A program made the position numbers and the translations under genes. The notes under the pieces were generated by a model, which did not search any database, was not told where the DNA came from, and worked only from the letters and a program-made list of their open reading frames with translations. DNA of 64,000 bases, from assembly GCA_038087875.1 (NCBI GenBank), contig CM075988.1, forward strand, positions 16,866,001-16,930,000. Reading direction: 5' to 3'. Source of the DNA: Malacoraja senta. Lineage: Eukaryota. Below are positions 24,806 through 37,363 of the stretch, piece after piece. Position 1 is the first letter of the stretch, and every line of letters starts with the position of its first letter.

Positions 24806-24968
24806 GACACAAAATGCTGGAGTAAATCAGTGGGTCAGGCAGCATCTCTGGCGAAAATAAATAGGTGACATTTTGGGTCGGGACCCTTCTCCAGGGATGC
24901 TGTCTGACCCGCTGAGTTACTCCGGCATTTTGAGTCTATCTTCAGTCTAAACCAACATCTGCAGTTCT
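24806..24968. mobile_element. Palindromic PLE-derived mini-element
   Basis: GACACAAAATGCTGGAGTAA...TTACTCCGGCATTTTGAGTC inverted arms. Confidence 0.8.
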
Positions 24969-26240
24969 TGATTAGAATAGGTGTCAAGGGTTATGGGGAG
25001 AAGGCAGGAAAATGGGATTAGGAGACAGAGATCAGCCATGATTGAATGGCGGAGTGGACACGATGGGCCAAATAACCTCACTCTACTCCTATAACGTGAA
25101 CTTTTACAGTTCTGCTATTTATTGAACTGCTTCATTCCTTCTGGTGAAGATAGTCCTAGAGAGCTTTTGTAGTTAGTCCCAGAGTTTAGACTCAGATATA
25201 ATGAGAATAATGATAACGCATCAGAATAGTACACTACAGGCAGGGTGGTGTATCCATGTGTCCAAACCCCCTGTCTGTCTTGGTGGTAGAAGTCAAGTTC
25301 AGCAGATCCTATCGAAAAGCTAATATGGGTAACTGAAGTGCCTTGTATAAATTGTATATGCTGTACCAGTGGAATATGGTGGTGGAGGGCTGAACACTTA
25401 GATTGATTCATGGGGTCACAAGAGTTTACAAGTTAAAGCAGTAGAATTAGGCCATTCGGCCCATTGAGTCCACTCCACCATTGAATCATGGCTGATCTCT
25501 GCCTCCTAATTCCATTTTCCTGCCTTCTCCCCATAACCCTTGACACCCGTTCTAATCAAGAATTTGTCTATCTCTGCCGTAAAAATATCCGCTGACTTGG
25601 CCTCCACAGCCACCGTGGCAATGCGTTCCATAGATTAACTTCCTTCTGATTAAAGAGACTATAGATGCTGGAATCTTGACCCAAATATCAAGGTGCTGAA
25701 GGAACTCAGCGGGCCAGACAGCATCTGTGGAGGGAATGGGCAGATGACGTTTCAGATCGGGGCCCTTCTTCAGACAGGTTGGGGGTGGAGGGTGGAGGGG
25801 GTGGGTATCAGAGGATGGGAAGGGGTTTGTGGAGATAACAAAGGGTTGTGGATTGTGGAATCTGACAAGAAAGTAAGGTGATGAGTGAAAATGGGAAAGG
25901 GAGGAATACTGGACAGATGGAAACAGGATGGGTTGGGAAAGCAAGTGTATAAATTGTGAGCAAGAAAGATAGATGGAGTATGCGGGAGAATGGGAAGAAA
26001 CAGAGTTGCAGGAGGACTGGGAGAAGTTGTTTTTGGAAAGAAGGGATGTGTGTGAGAGGAGTTGGCTGGATAGGAAGGAGAAAGAAAGACAGAGAAGGTG
26101 CAGTGTACCACAAATTGGACAATTCATTGTGCATGCCATTGGGTTGCAGCCAATGCATGTGGAATATGAGATGATGTTCCTCTACATTTGGCTTCATCCT
26201 GGCAGTGGCAGTGGCAGAGAACAGACAGGTTGAGTGTGGG

Positions 26241-26338
26241 TAGGAACCGCAGATGCTGGTTTACACCGAAGATAGACACAAAATGCTGAAGTGACTGAGA
26301 AACCCGCTGAGTTACTCCAGCATTTTGTGTCTACCTGC
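26241..26338. mobile_element. Short palindromic PLE-derived mini-element
   Basis: TSD GGTTGAGTGTGGG at 26228-26240 and 26339-26351. Confidence 0.75.
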
Positions 26339-26402
26339 GGTTGAGTGTGGGAACGGGGATTGGGATTTAAAATGGCTTGAAATTGGAAGCTCAAGATACC
26401 CA

Positions 26403-26598
26403 AGAATGGCACGAAAAGCTGGAGTAACTCAGCGGGACAGGCAGCATCTCTGGAGGGAAGGAATGGGTGGCGTTTCGGGTCCAGACCCTTCTTCAGTCAC
26501 CCATTCCTTCTCTCCAGAGATGCTGCCTGTCCCGCTGAGTTACTCCAGCTTTTTGAGTATCTTCGGTTTAAGCCAGAATCTGCAGTTCCTTCCTACGC
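26403..26598. mobile_element. Palindromic PLE-derived mini-element
   Basis: TSD AGCTCAAGATACCCA at 26388-26402 and 26599-26613; inverted arms. Confidence 0.85.
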
Positions 26599-29500
26599 AG
26601 CTCAAGATACCCATTGCCGACAGAGGACAGGTACGTGACAAAGCATCTTGCCTTTTGCATGCAAGCATCTGCTATGGGATTTGAACCTCGAAACATTGGA
26701 CTGAGAGTCAAGGGTGCTAACAATTGAGCCAATATAGATGTTCTCTCAGGTAAGGTCAAGCTTGCTGCAAATATGTATTTGGTGTAAAAAGAATCCTGTT
26801 AAGACTGGGAAACATCACCCTCAACCCAGCACAGCCCCTTGTGGTTTCATTCTTGCCCCCGGGCCATCCAGGGCCTTGTGAAGCCTTTTGTTCATCAAAC
26901 GTTCTTTGTGATTTCAAACTGAATCCACTTATCATCATACAAAAGCTACCTTTTAAATAAAGAGTCCTTTCAGAATGTCTCGGCTTCTGAGTTTTGTGTT
27001 TAGACAGTCTAGGGTGCTGGAGGCTGCATGCTTCCACCACTTAGGAAAAAATAATATTAACACCCAGCTGACCTCCACTGTAACAGTCCATGGGAGCTGT
27101 AACATACTCGCACTATATAAACACACAACACAGTTGTGAATAAGGTCACAAGTGATAGGAAGAATTAAGCCATTCGGCCCATCAAGTCTACTCCACCATT
27201 CAATCATGCCTGATCTATCTCTCCCTCCTCATCCCATTCTCCTGCCTTCTCCCCATAACCTCTGACACCTGTATTAATCAAAATCTATCTATCTCTGTCC
27301 ACTGACTTAGCCTCCACAGCCTTCTGTGGCAAAGAATTCCACAGATTTCCCACCCTCTGACTAAAGAATAGCCCGAAATGGAAAACAATGTTGGCAATAG
27401 AAGAGACATAGAACATAGAACAGCAGAGGAACAGGCCATTTGGCCCACAATAACTGTGCTGAACATCATGCCATGTTAAACTGATCTCCTTTGCCTGCAT
27501 ATCCTTCCATTCTCCCCAGATCCTTGTGCCAAGGTAAAACCTTCATAAACACCACAGTCGTATCTGCCTCCAACACCAACCCTGACAGCACCCCGCACTC
27601 TGCATGAAAGACTTGCCCCCACACATCTCCTTTAAACTTTCCACCTCTGACCTTAAACCCATGCCACCTAGTCTTTACACTTTCTCTGATGGTCATTTTG
27701 TTTTGATTTCCTTTCTATGCAACATTTTTAATGCAAGTGTTTAGTTTCTAAGTTCCTGGATGTGCTATTTTAGTGCAGCTGCTAATGTGTTTAAGATAAA
27801 TTGGCAAATGATTCCAAATGGGAACCTTGCAGTTTTATGAAGCAATGCCGCAAAAGCAGAGCACAGAGGAAATTAAACCCTGCTGTTATGTTTGGTCTCT
27901 TCTTTAGATGCTATCTATTTCTCTCTAGTTGGCAAGATCTACTTACTTAGCTTATCTATGTTATATCCCTCAGTGTTCTTATTAAATTCCACTTGTAGCT
28001 TGAGGAAATACTGTAGAAGCAAACTAAAGCCTCATAATTAAAGTAGCTCTCAGATATTTTTAGTGTGGTAAGTGGGTGCCCTATTCTGCCCTTGTGTCAA
28101 GTATAGAGTAACCAATAAGTGCGGCATTGTTTCCTTCGGAAATTGCCCATGTGTTTTCCCAATTGGTAAAGATTGGGGCAACACAATGGTGCAGCGGTAG
28201 AGTTGCTGCCTTACAGTTCCAAAAATCTCTTAAATGCCACTATCATATCCACCTCAACCACCGACCCTGGCAACGCGTTCCAGGCATCTATCACCCCTCT
28301 GTAAAAACAAAAACCTCTGTGTAAATATGCTCTGGATGATTGAAGAGAAAGTTTGCCACGTTAAACAAATGCTCTTCTGGTCCATCCCAGCCCACCTTCT
28401 CGCCAAGCCTGGAACCTCCACCAGCCCCAGAGTTTGGACCTCTTGTGCGTCCTTAATTTCCTCCCTTCCACCATCGAATGTACGACGTCAGCTCTCTGTG
28501 CTCAAGGTTCCAGAATTTTGCTTCCAGAAAATGTCCTCTCGCATTTTCCACATCTGCCAGTCCAATCCAAGTCACTCTTCCACAGCAACAAGGTCAGCCA
28601 TTTAGGACTGAGCTGAGGAGATCTTTCTTCATTTGGAGAGTAGTGAATCTTCAATTAGTGAATCTTCAATCTAGCAATTTTCATCCCTGAGGCCTGTGGC
28701 GATTCAGCCGTTGAACTCATTCAGGCTTGAGGTCAACTGGTTCGGGTATTCAGGAAATCAAGGAATATGGAAAGAGCGCAGAAAAAATAGCGCTGATGTG
28801 GATCGGCCGTGATCGTGAAGACTGGCAGGCGAGGCTCAATGGCCCAATGGCCTACTCCTATTTCCTATTTATCACCGAACCCAAGCACTCCACCATTTAC
28901 TTCCTGAGATGACACTGTGGAAAAGAACAATGTCAAGTGAAGCAGACAAATCAAACGGCTTGCTACACACATCCAAATCCTTTAGTGCCTCGAGTTACAA
29001 AACCGGAGCACTTCTCCTGCAACAGGTTCCTCTGAGCCTTGTTTCCACAGGCTTGTAACATGATGCAGAGCATCTAAGAACAAGCGGCTAATCCATATAC
29101 TAGGGACTGAAAAACGTCCTGAGGCTAAGCACCGGCTTCTCAAGAACAAATCTATTTCTCCAACTGTGCTTTTTACTGTGAACGCCATTGATTATTTCAA
29201 CTGAGCTACCACAGTAACGTCAGCTCACTTCTTCCGTTCCCGTCCTGGACTTTGGAACTGGAGTTACCTATGATGAGCACAAGGCCTGAGGCCTAGTCCT
29301 GAAGTAAGCCTCCTCTACCACCCTTTGTCTCGGATGGCTTCGGTTGGCAAGTGATTAGATTACAGGCTCTATGCCTGTTACAATTAAGAAGATAAACCAG
29401 ATTATGGAGGGATTAATTTGTTGGTTTGGCAAACTGACAATAGCCCAGAGTCTGACAAGAAAACCATCGAGATTCCCCAACATGATTTGTGCTTCAAGAA

Positions 29501-29805
29501 GGAGAACCATCACTGTTTGAAATTCTAGTAATGTTTATTTAAGTTTTAAAATCAATAAAATCAAATTCCATTTGTTTTTCCTGGCAATCAATTGAATGAA
29601 ACTGCAAATCAGACATAAAAGAAAAATAACATGACCTCATGTCTTAGCCACCCAAGTAGGGTGAATGCACCGTTTTTTTACCCAGGAGAGGGGAATCAAG
29701 AGCCAGAGGGATAACGTGAGAGAGGAAAGAGTTAACAGGGACCTTTGGGGCAACTTTTTCACACACAAGGTGTTGGGTTTATGGAATGAGCTGCCAGAGT
29801 AGGTA

Positions 29806-30068
29806 TGTGTGTAGGAAGGAACTGTGGATGGTGGTTTACACCGAAGATAGACACAAGAAGCTGGAGTAACTCTGGGGGTCAGGCAGCATCTCTGGAGAAA
29901 AGGAACAGGTGATGTTTTGGGTCGAGACCCTTCCTCAGACTGAGAGTCAGGGGAGAGGGAAACGAGAGATATAGAAGTTGCATAGAACAAATGAATGAAC
30001 CATATGCAAAAATCAACGAAGATCAAGGAAAGGTGGAGCTCACAATGGTCCATTGTTGGCTGTGGGGA
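29806..30068 (-). mobile_element. PLE 3' UTR/terminal repeat (second family) inserted in a CR1 fragment
   Basis: CR1 sequence GAGCTGCCAGAGTAGGTA...GTTGAGGCAGG resumes after the insert. Related copies at about 49366-49580 and 59326-59610. Confidence 0.75.
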
Positions 30069-30312
30069 AGGTAGTTGAGGCAGGGACTACAGCAGTATTT
30101 AAAGGACACTTGGACAGGTACATGGATAGGAAAGGTTTAGAGGGATATGGGCCAAACGCAGGCAAATGTTCCTAGCTTAGTTAGCATGTTGAGATTGAAG
30201 TATGGTTACAGAGGGCAAAATGTGCTTGAGGGGCTGAATAATCTACTGCTGATGGGGAGGTTTGTTAAAGTTGCACAACATGAAAGGACATCCTGTTGCT
30301 GGTGGTAGATTA

Positions 30313-30481
30313 CAAAGATCCTCTAGCAAGCAAGATAGTGAACTCCTGCTAAACCCAATGGGCTGACGTGTAGTACGCAACCAAGCGTAACGGAGCGGAA
30401 TGTCAGTCTTTTCATCGGCCATTTTAGTAAACCCAACCCTACCCGACTTTGTGGGCTATCTTGCTTGCCATAGGATCTTTG
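30313..30481. mobile_element. MITE with about 26-bp TIRs, possibly hAT
   Basis: CAAAGATCCTCTAGCAAGCAAGATAG...CTATCTTGCTTGCCATAGGATCTTTG; flanks GTAGATTA/GTAAATAA form an imperfect 8-bp repeat. Confidence 0.65.
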
Positions 30482-30539
30482 GTAAATAATGTTAACAGCT
30501 CCATCTTCAATTGATCCAGGGCAGTAATTGGAAGTTGAC

Positions 30540-30853
30540 GGTAGACAAAAATGCTGGAGAAACTCAGCGGGTGCAGCAGCATCTATGGAGCGAAGGAAAT
30601 AGGCAACGTTTCAGGCCGAAACCCTTCTTCAGACTGATGGGGGGGTGGAGGGAAGAAAGGAAAAAAGGAAAAAGGCGGAGGAGGAGCCCGAGGGCTGGGG
30701 GAGGGGAGGAGACAACCAGATGGCTGATGCAGGGGAGGGGACAGCAAGGGCTAGCAGAATTGGGAGAATTCAATGTTCAAGCCCCCAGGATGTAGACTGC
30801 CCAAGCGGAATATGAGGTGCATATGAGGTGTTCGGCGAAACGAACACCTCCGG
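30540..30853 (-). mobile_element. Young truncated PLE insertion (same family as 1491-2549)
   Basis: TSD AATTGGAAGTTGAC at 30526-30539 and 30854-30867; includes the last codons of the GIY-YIG frame. Confidence 0.92.
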
Positions 30854-30993
30854 AATTGGAAGTTGACTATTTTTAAGCTATATGCGCATGTTAATAGCAT
30901 GTTAATGGCAGACTAGTGTAGATGGGGCACGAGTTAGGCCTTGGGGCCTGTTCCCGTTCTGTACCATTCCATGACTCTGCATGGTTAGTTTTG

Positions 30994-31275
30994 AGGGCGT
31001 CACGGTGGCGCAGCTGTAGAGTTGCTGCCTTACAGCGCCAGAGATCCGGGTTCGATCCCGTGCACGGGTGCTGTCGGTACATAGTTTCCACATTCTCCCC
31101 GTGACCGCGTGGGTTTTCTCCAGGCCCTCCAGGTTTCATCCACATCCCAAGGACGTGCAGGTTTGTAGTCAGTTAGCTTCTGTAAGTTGCCCCTGGTATG
31201 TAGAATAAAGCTAGTATTGGTCGGCATGGATTCGGTGGGCTGAAAGGCCTGTTTCCACACTGCATCTCTAAAAGT
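30994..31275 (+). mobile_element. V-SINE, full length
   Basis: Head, core and tail. Confidence 0.88.
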
Positions 31276-32180
31276 AAAATACACAGAAAACCCATTGGAG
31301 ACAGAGAACTGGAGCTCATTAAAGTATGTTTTCAGAACACTCCAACCCCATTCTGTAATCTGTACAGTGCAGAATACAACCATCATCTTTTCATTTGTAA
31401 CAGTGAGGCACAGTCAGATTGATGGGATCTGAAATTTTCAATTAGTAATGCCCTCAAAACAGCTTTCAACTGATGTATGCCTTGACAGAGTTAAACCTGA
31501 TTGAAATGGAGTGGTGGAATAAATGTCAGCCTGCAGTGCATTACAAGGCTGACAGAAAATGGATGTCAGACAACAAAACCGGGGAGTGGGTGATTGGAAG
31601 CAACGCTCCTCTCCCATTATCAAGTCGGTGGCTCCACTGAAGGAAAGGTGGACTGCTTTCTCCCTTACGTTAAATCAAGGCCCCATCATCTCTCTCGGCT
31701 GCAAAAACACAAAAGTACTGGAGTAACTCAGCTGGTCAGGCAGCATGTGCAGAGGGAAATGGACACATGGCTGAGTCTGATGAAGGGTCCCAACCTGAAA
31801 CATCGTCTGTCCATTCCCTCAACCTGCTCTCTCGACCCAAAACGTCACCCATTCCTTCTCTCCAGAGATGCTGCCTGTCCCGCTGAGTTACTCCAGCTTT
31901 TTGTGTCCGTTTTCAGTTTAAACCAGCGCCTGCAGTTCCTTCCTGCACATTGTAGAACCAGTTGCTCATGTGTAGCTGGAGCTATGAAGGGCATCTTTAT
32001 CAATCTGGGTCAGAGGACTCCATCTGTGAGGCACAGCTGACACACGTCCTCAACAGTCAGGGATGTGCGAAGCATTTTGATTTTTGTCAAACAAATGACC
32101 ATTTAAAAGCCCGTTGCACGGAAGTCAATATTTTCTCCAAACGAATCCTTTTTTTACAGTCAATACTTGAATAATCTACG

Positions 32181-32396
32181 GTGTCTGTCTGTGTCTGAGT
32201 GTCTGTCTGTGTCTGAGTGTCTGTCTGTGTCTGAGTGTCTGTCTGTGTCTGAGTGTCTGTCTGTGTCTGAGTGTCTGTCTGTGTCTGAGTGTCTGTCTGT
32301 GTCTGAGTGTCTGTCTGTGTCTGAGTGTCTGTCTGTGTCTGAGTGTCTGTCTGTGTCTGAGTGTCTGTCTGTGTCTGAGTGTCTGTCTGTGTCTGA
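32181..32396. repeat. Perfect 18-bp minisatellite (GTGTCTGTCTGTGTCTGA) x12
   Basis: 12 identical units counted. Confidence 0.97.
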
Positions 32397-32466
32397 GTGA
32401 ATACACAAAGATTTAGTACATCCCACAAGATTCCTTTGGTTATACTCAAAGATGGGTTTCTGCTCT

Positions 32467-32676
32467 GTGAGTGTGTGTGTGTGTGTGTGTGAAAGAGAGG
32501 GTGAGAGAGAGTGGGGGCGAGAGAGAGAGTGTGGGAGAGAGGGAGGGAGGGAGGGAGAGAGAGACAGAGACAGAGACAGACAGACAGAGAGAGAGAAGGA
32601 GAGAGAGAGGCGAGAGAGAGGCGAGAGAGAGGTAGAGGCAGAGGCAGAGGCAGAGGGAGAGGGAGAGGGAGAGGGA

Positions 32677-32742
<66 letters not shown>

Positions 32743-33110
32743 AGAGAGAGAGAGAGACAGAGGGGGAGAGAGAGAGAGGGCGAGAAAGAGGGAAGGTGTG
32801 AGAGAGGGAGGTGAGAGCGAGGGTGAGAGAGGGGCGGCGAGAGAGAGTGGGGAGCGAGAAAGAGAGAGAGAGTTTGGGGTAAGAGAGAGAGGGGGCGAGA
32901 GAGGGGTGTGAAAGAGGAGGGGGGTGAGAGAGAGAGGGAGAGGGTGAGAGAGAAAGAGGGGTATGAAAGAGGGAGGGGGTGAGAGGGGAAGGGATGGGAG
33001 AGAGAATTGGAGGAAGTGGGAGAGTATGTTGTGTCAGAAAGGGAGAAAGAGAATGTTTCTGCATGTGTGTGTGAGTGAGTGACAGAGAGAGAGACAGAGA
33101 GAGTTGTGTG
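32467..33110. repeat. (GA)n-rich polypurine low-complexity tract with (TG)n ends
   Basis: Seen directly. Confidence 0.95.
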
Positions 33111-33774
33111 TGCAGTCTCTTCCATCAACTCAGTACATTTCGTTCAGTCACCTTTGGACTTGTTCTGTCCACAGGCTCTCCAAAATAACCAACATTATTT
33201 TTAATACTTGCTTGAGGAGGGGAAGAAGTAGAATAGGTGGGTGAAGAGTGGAGGCAAGAGGGAAGATGGAGGAGAGAGGAGGGAGGAGAGAGCCTGGATT
33301 TCCATTTATACTCAAATTGCCAAAGGTCAACTAAACTAGTAAAAAAGAACATTTGGTTGATCCTTTTATGGAGATAAAGACTTTCCTGAGTTCAAATGCC
33401 ACGGATATTAAAGAGGTTTAAAATCCTAATTAGGATTACAGAAAGAGTTCAAGATACGTGCAGAGTAATAAAAGACTAAGTGACAGACTTTGACTGGAGA
33501 AGAGCAAATAAAAATTTGATGGGAGCAGGCTGAAAGATTTCTGCAACATCATACAGTGATTGCCCACATTATGTGGCAACTACTGTTCAGTGAATGCATC
33601 AGCGGCTTTGAGAAGGATACAAAGTACTTTCCTTCTTAGCAATGTCAATAATTGCTTGAACATTACCTTGAACATGATGAAATATACAAGAGGATACCAA
33701 CAGGAAAAATATAACATAATATAATTTAACATCGAGACACAGAAGTAGGCTTTAAGGCAGATAGTGGATTTAGT

Positions 33775-34020
33775 GGTGAGTCTGTGGAATTAGTGGTGTC
33801 TGTGGAATTCTCTGCCTCAGAGGGCGGTGGAGGCAGGTTCTCTGGATGCTTTCAAGAGAGAGCTAGATAGGGCTCTTAAAAATAGCGGAGTCACGTGATA
33901 TGGGGAGAAGGCAGGAACGGGGTACTGATTGGGGATGATCAGCCATAATCAAATTGAATGGCGGCGCTGGCTCGAAGGGCCAAATGGCCTACTCCTGCAC
34001 CTATTGTCTATTGTCTATTG
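33775..34020 (+). mobile_element. Young CR1 3' end with (ATTGTCT)n tail
   Basis: Near-identical to 15230-15449. Confidence 0.88.
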
Positions 34021-34637
34021 ACCAAAGAATTGGTCAAAAGCTAGATTGTAACTAATTTCTTAAAGAAGAGAAAAAGGCACAAAAAAAAGATGGTATTTAA
34101 AAGTTTAGAATTGCCCTCTATTAACAAGTAAACTTGTTGCTGTCTATGAAACAAATCCCTATATTCAGGGCCTGCCGTGCACTGATCAGTCGATGGATGA
34201 TAATGGTTAGCAAGTATTAGCTCAGTATTTTAAGGTGAGAGGGAAATGATTTAATAGGATCCTGAGGGGCAGCATTTTCACACAGAGGGTGGTGGGTATG
34301 GAACGAGCCAAAGGAGGTAGTTGAGGGAGATACAATAACCACATAAAACATTTAGAAAAGTACATGGATCGGAAAGGTTTAGAGGGATATGGGCCTATTG
34401 CGGGTATATGGGATTATGGGGCATGTTTGTTGGCGTGGAAGAGTTGGGCTGAAGAGCCTGTTTCCGTGCTGTATGACTCTATGACTCCATTGAGTGACTG
34501 CAAGTACTTTATCAATTGTCTGGCAATTCCAATATTTGTAGAATGGCAGGGTGGGTGAATGAGGACAACGATATATGTTGTTGTGTATAGCTGTGGCTAT
34601 TCGAATGTTGTGTATAGCTGTGGCTATTCAAATCTTA

Positions 34638-35130
34638 CTAGCTTAGTTAGCATGTTGAGATTGAAGTATGGTTACAGAGGGCAAAATGTGCTTGAGGGGC
34701 TGAATAATCTACTGCTGTATTTGTGGTGATGGGGAAGTTTGTTAAAGTTGCACAACATGAAAGGACATCCTGTTGCTGGTGGTAGATTACAAAGATCCTC
34801 TAGCAAGCAAGATAGTGAACTCCTGCTAAACCCAATGGGCTGACGTGTAGTACGCAACCAAGCGCAACGGAGCGGAATGTCAACCTTTTCGTCGGCCATT
34901 TTAGTAAACCCGACCAGACCCGACTTTGTGGGTATCTTTGAGGATCTTTGGTAAATATTGTTCACAGCTCCATCTTCAATCTCCAAGGCAGTAATTGGGA
35001 GTTGACTATTTTTAAGCTATATGCGCATGTTGATAGCATGTTAATGGCAGACTAGTGTAGATGGGGCACGAGTCAGGCCTTGGGGCCTGTTCCCGTTCTG
35101 TACCATTCCATGACTCTGCATGGTTAGTTT
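34638..35130 (+). repeat. Local duplication copy B (empty site)
   Basis: Matches 30172-30991 without the PLE; single target AATTGGGAGTTGAC at 34993-35006. Confidence 0.92.
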
Positions 35131-35335
35131 ATCTCCCCACTAAACACGTACAAAAAAGGCAATGCATCAATCTCACAGCACTAATGAGACAAACATTTCC
35201 TGGTGACATTTTACCACAGATGGGGTTGTACACCCTCTTATTGTTCATGATCCCCTCAAGACGCAAGTGACATTAAAAAATAATCACAGTAAGAAGTTCC
35301 GGTCTTGTAATACGAAATTAAACAAGTCGTTCTGG

Positions 35336-35429
35336 GGTAGACAAAAATGCCGGAGAAACTCAGCGGGTGCAGCAGCATCTATGGAGCGAAGGAGATAGGC
35401 AACGTTTCGGGCCGAAACCCTTCTTCTCC
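35336..35429 (-). mobile_element. Young PLE terminal-repeat fragment
   Basis: Direct repeat CAAGTCGTTCTGG(GG) starting at 35323 and 35430. Confidence 0.85.
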
Positions 35430-36186
35430 CAAGTCGTTCTGGGGGGTGCTCAGTGGGTTCAAGTTGTCTCAGAGAGAGAAATACAGTTAATATTGTCGGG
35501 TGTGGTCCAACTAAAAAAAAACTTTATACAAAGGCAAAACCCATTTTTGGTTTCTTAAACATTGGGTCTTGCAAATGTTAGACACAAAATGCTGGAGTAA
35601 CTGAGCGGGTCAGGCAACATCTTTGCCTGAGTTACTCCAGCACTTTGTGTCTTTCTTTGGTAGACCAGCATCTGCAGTTCCTTGCTATTACATTGTGCTT
35701 CAGATTTTGACGGAGACACTGCGTCGTATCTAGGGCCTTGTTAAACCAATCCAACAGAGGAACAGGTAAAACAAATAAAAACTCACATTTTCATCATCTC
35801 TTTTGACTCAGCTTACCTATAACTTTCTCTTCACAATAATTTATATTTATAGAACATTGTATGGCAATAACATACCCTCATTAAATTAAAGAATTTAAAA
35901 GCACCATTTGACGCCAAACCGTCTAAAATACATAAAGTGCGTTCTTCATCAAAGCGGAAACACTTGAAGTGGGGTAGATGAACAGATGGGGAGGTCTAGG
36001 GAGGAGTAAAATCAAGGGTCCCTTCTCCTGGTGGAGATGAGGGTGATGGTATTGGAGGATTGGTGATCAATAAAACCCAAGGGTTATTGTTAAATTCTCA
36101 AATCCTGTTAAAAGAGGAGTACAGTTCCCACTAGAGTTAAAGGCAGTCCTGTTGATGTGTTGATCAATTCTACCGTACATTTACGG

Positions 36187-36508
36187 TGCATGGTGGCGCA
36201 GCGGTAGAGTTGCTGTCTCACAGCGAATGCAGCGCCGGAGACCCGGGTTCAATCCCGACTACAGGTGCTGTCTGTATGGAGTTTGTACGTTCTCCCCGTG
36301 ACCGCGTGGGTTTTCTCCAAGATCTTTGGTTTCCTCCCACACTCCAAAGACGTACAGGTAAGCAGGTTAATTGGCCTGGTGTGTATGTGTAAATTGTCTC
36401 TAGTGTGTGTAGGATGGTGTTAATGTGCGGGGATCGCTGGTCAGTGCGGATTCGGTAGGCCGAGGGGCCTGTTTTCGCGCTGTATCTCTAAACTAAAGTA
36501 AACTAAAT
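36187..36508 (+). mobile_element. V-SINE (insertion subfamily), full length
   Basis: Head with CAGCGAATGCAGCGCC, core and (TAAAC)n-like tail. Confidence 0.9.
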
Positions 36509-36964
36509 CTGTGCAACTCAGACATGCGGGAATGAGACTGAGGTTTGAAGCACGTTGGAAAGGATTGTGGACTTTACTAGGGAGAGAGGCACGTTTGGTG
36601 AAGGTGAAACTGTGATCACTAAGTCAAAGAAAGATCATCAAGAATAGAAGCTCAAAAAAGCCAGTCAGTTTTTGTAGGTGGGACTAGAAACTCCTCAGTG
36701 AGAGATTTATTCTGCAAGAGCAGAGGCAGAAGGAAGTGGTTGGAGCAAACACATCAACGAGCTTGCAAGGCCAAGGCACTGATGATCACGTGAGAACAGC
36801 CCTGGGATTATATGGTGTGAAATAATGTCAGAATAATAAATAAGAAATTGTCAGCCTTCTGTAACAGAGTTTTGCCCAACACACTCACACACTCCAACGG
36901 CCAAGGTCAACAAACATGCACAGTCCTTGAATTCACTCCCACACACTTCCAATAGCATTGACTC

Positions 36965-37215
36965 TATATAATGTTTCCGGACAGACGTTCCCACCTACCC
37001 ATCCACAACCGACACACCTCCGGGGTCTCTACGGATGCTTTCCACAAAAAGCTGAAGACAAAACCCATCCCTGTCCTTGTCCAGGTTGGAAAGACAGTGC
37101 CCACCAGGAATCCTGACCACATCAGCATTCTCCCAGAGACCCTACACCTCCAACACCAACATACCATCAGCTACCGCCGACAATATTAACGTCTTCCCAG
37201 GAAGCCAGTTCCAGA
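36965..37215 (+). mobile_element. Possible old RTE/RTEX LINE C-terminal remnant
   Basis: Weak resemblance of DAFHKKL... to the RTE-type C-terminal motif; highly degenerate. Confidence 0.25.
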
Positions 37216-37337
37216 GGCCCCTGTAATATTATCGGCTCTGCAGATCCTAGCCTTCAAATTAATATCGTTCAGTTTAGTTGTCACGTGGACCGAGGTACAG
37301 TATAAAGCTTTTGTTGCGTGCTAAGCAGTCAGTGGAA

Positions 37338-37363
37338 ATAATAATAATAATAATAATAATAAT
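37338..37363. repeat. (AAT)n microsatellite
   Basis: Seen directly. Confidence 0.95.

Larger units (their letters stand above)
25655..26640 (-). mobile_element. Old PLE 3' remnant (degenerate GIY-YIG C-terminus and 3' UTR) with two nested mini-elements
   Basis: Minus-strand EEHHLIFHMHWLQPNGMHNELSN resembles EEMHLIFRLGSLHPGGLNVEFS. Terminal repeat at 25660-25775. Confidence 0.7.
30172..30991 (+). repeat. Local duplication copy A (of 34638-35130), carrying a PLE insertion
   Basis: Collinear near-identity from CTAGCTTAGTTAGCATG to GCATGGTTAGTTT. Confidence 0.92.

Noticed and set aside
31524..31554. Short hairpin TGTCAGCCT...AGGCTGACA as a miRNA or terminator
   Set aside because: A 9-bp stem is too short for a pre-miRNA and is expected by chance in 64 kb.
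32181..32396. CRISPR-like array
   Set aside because: Contiguous identical units with no spacers, in eukaryotic context.
32087..33128. Longest ORFs in the track (322-325 aa)
   Set aside because: Open only because of the 18-bp minisatellite and GA tract; low complexity.
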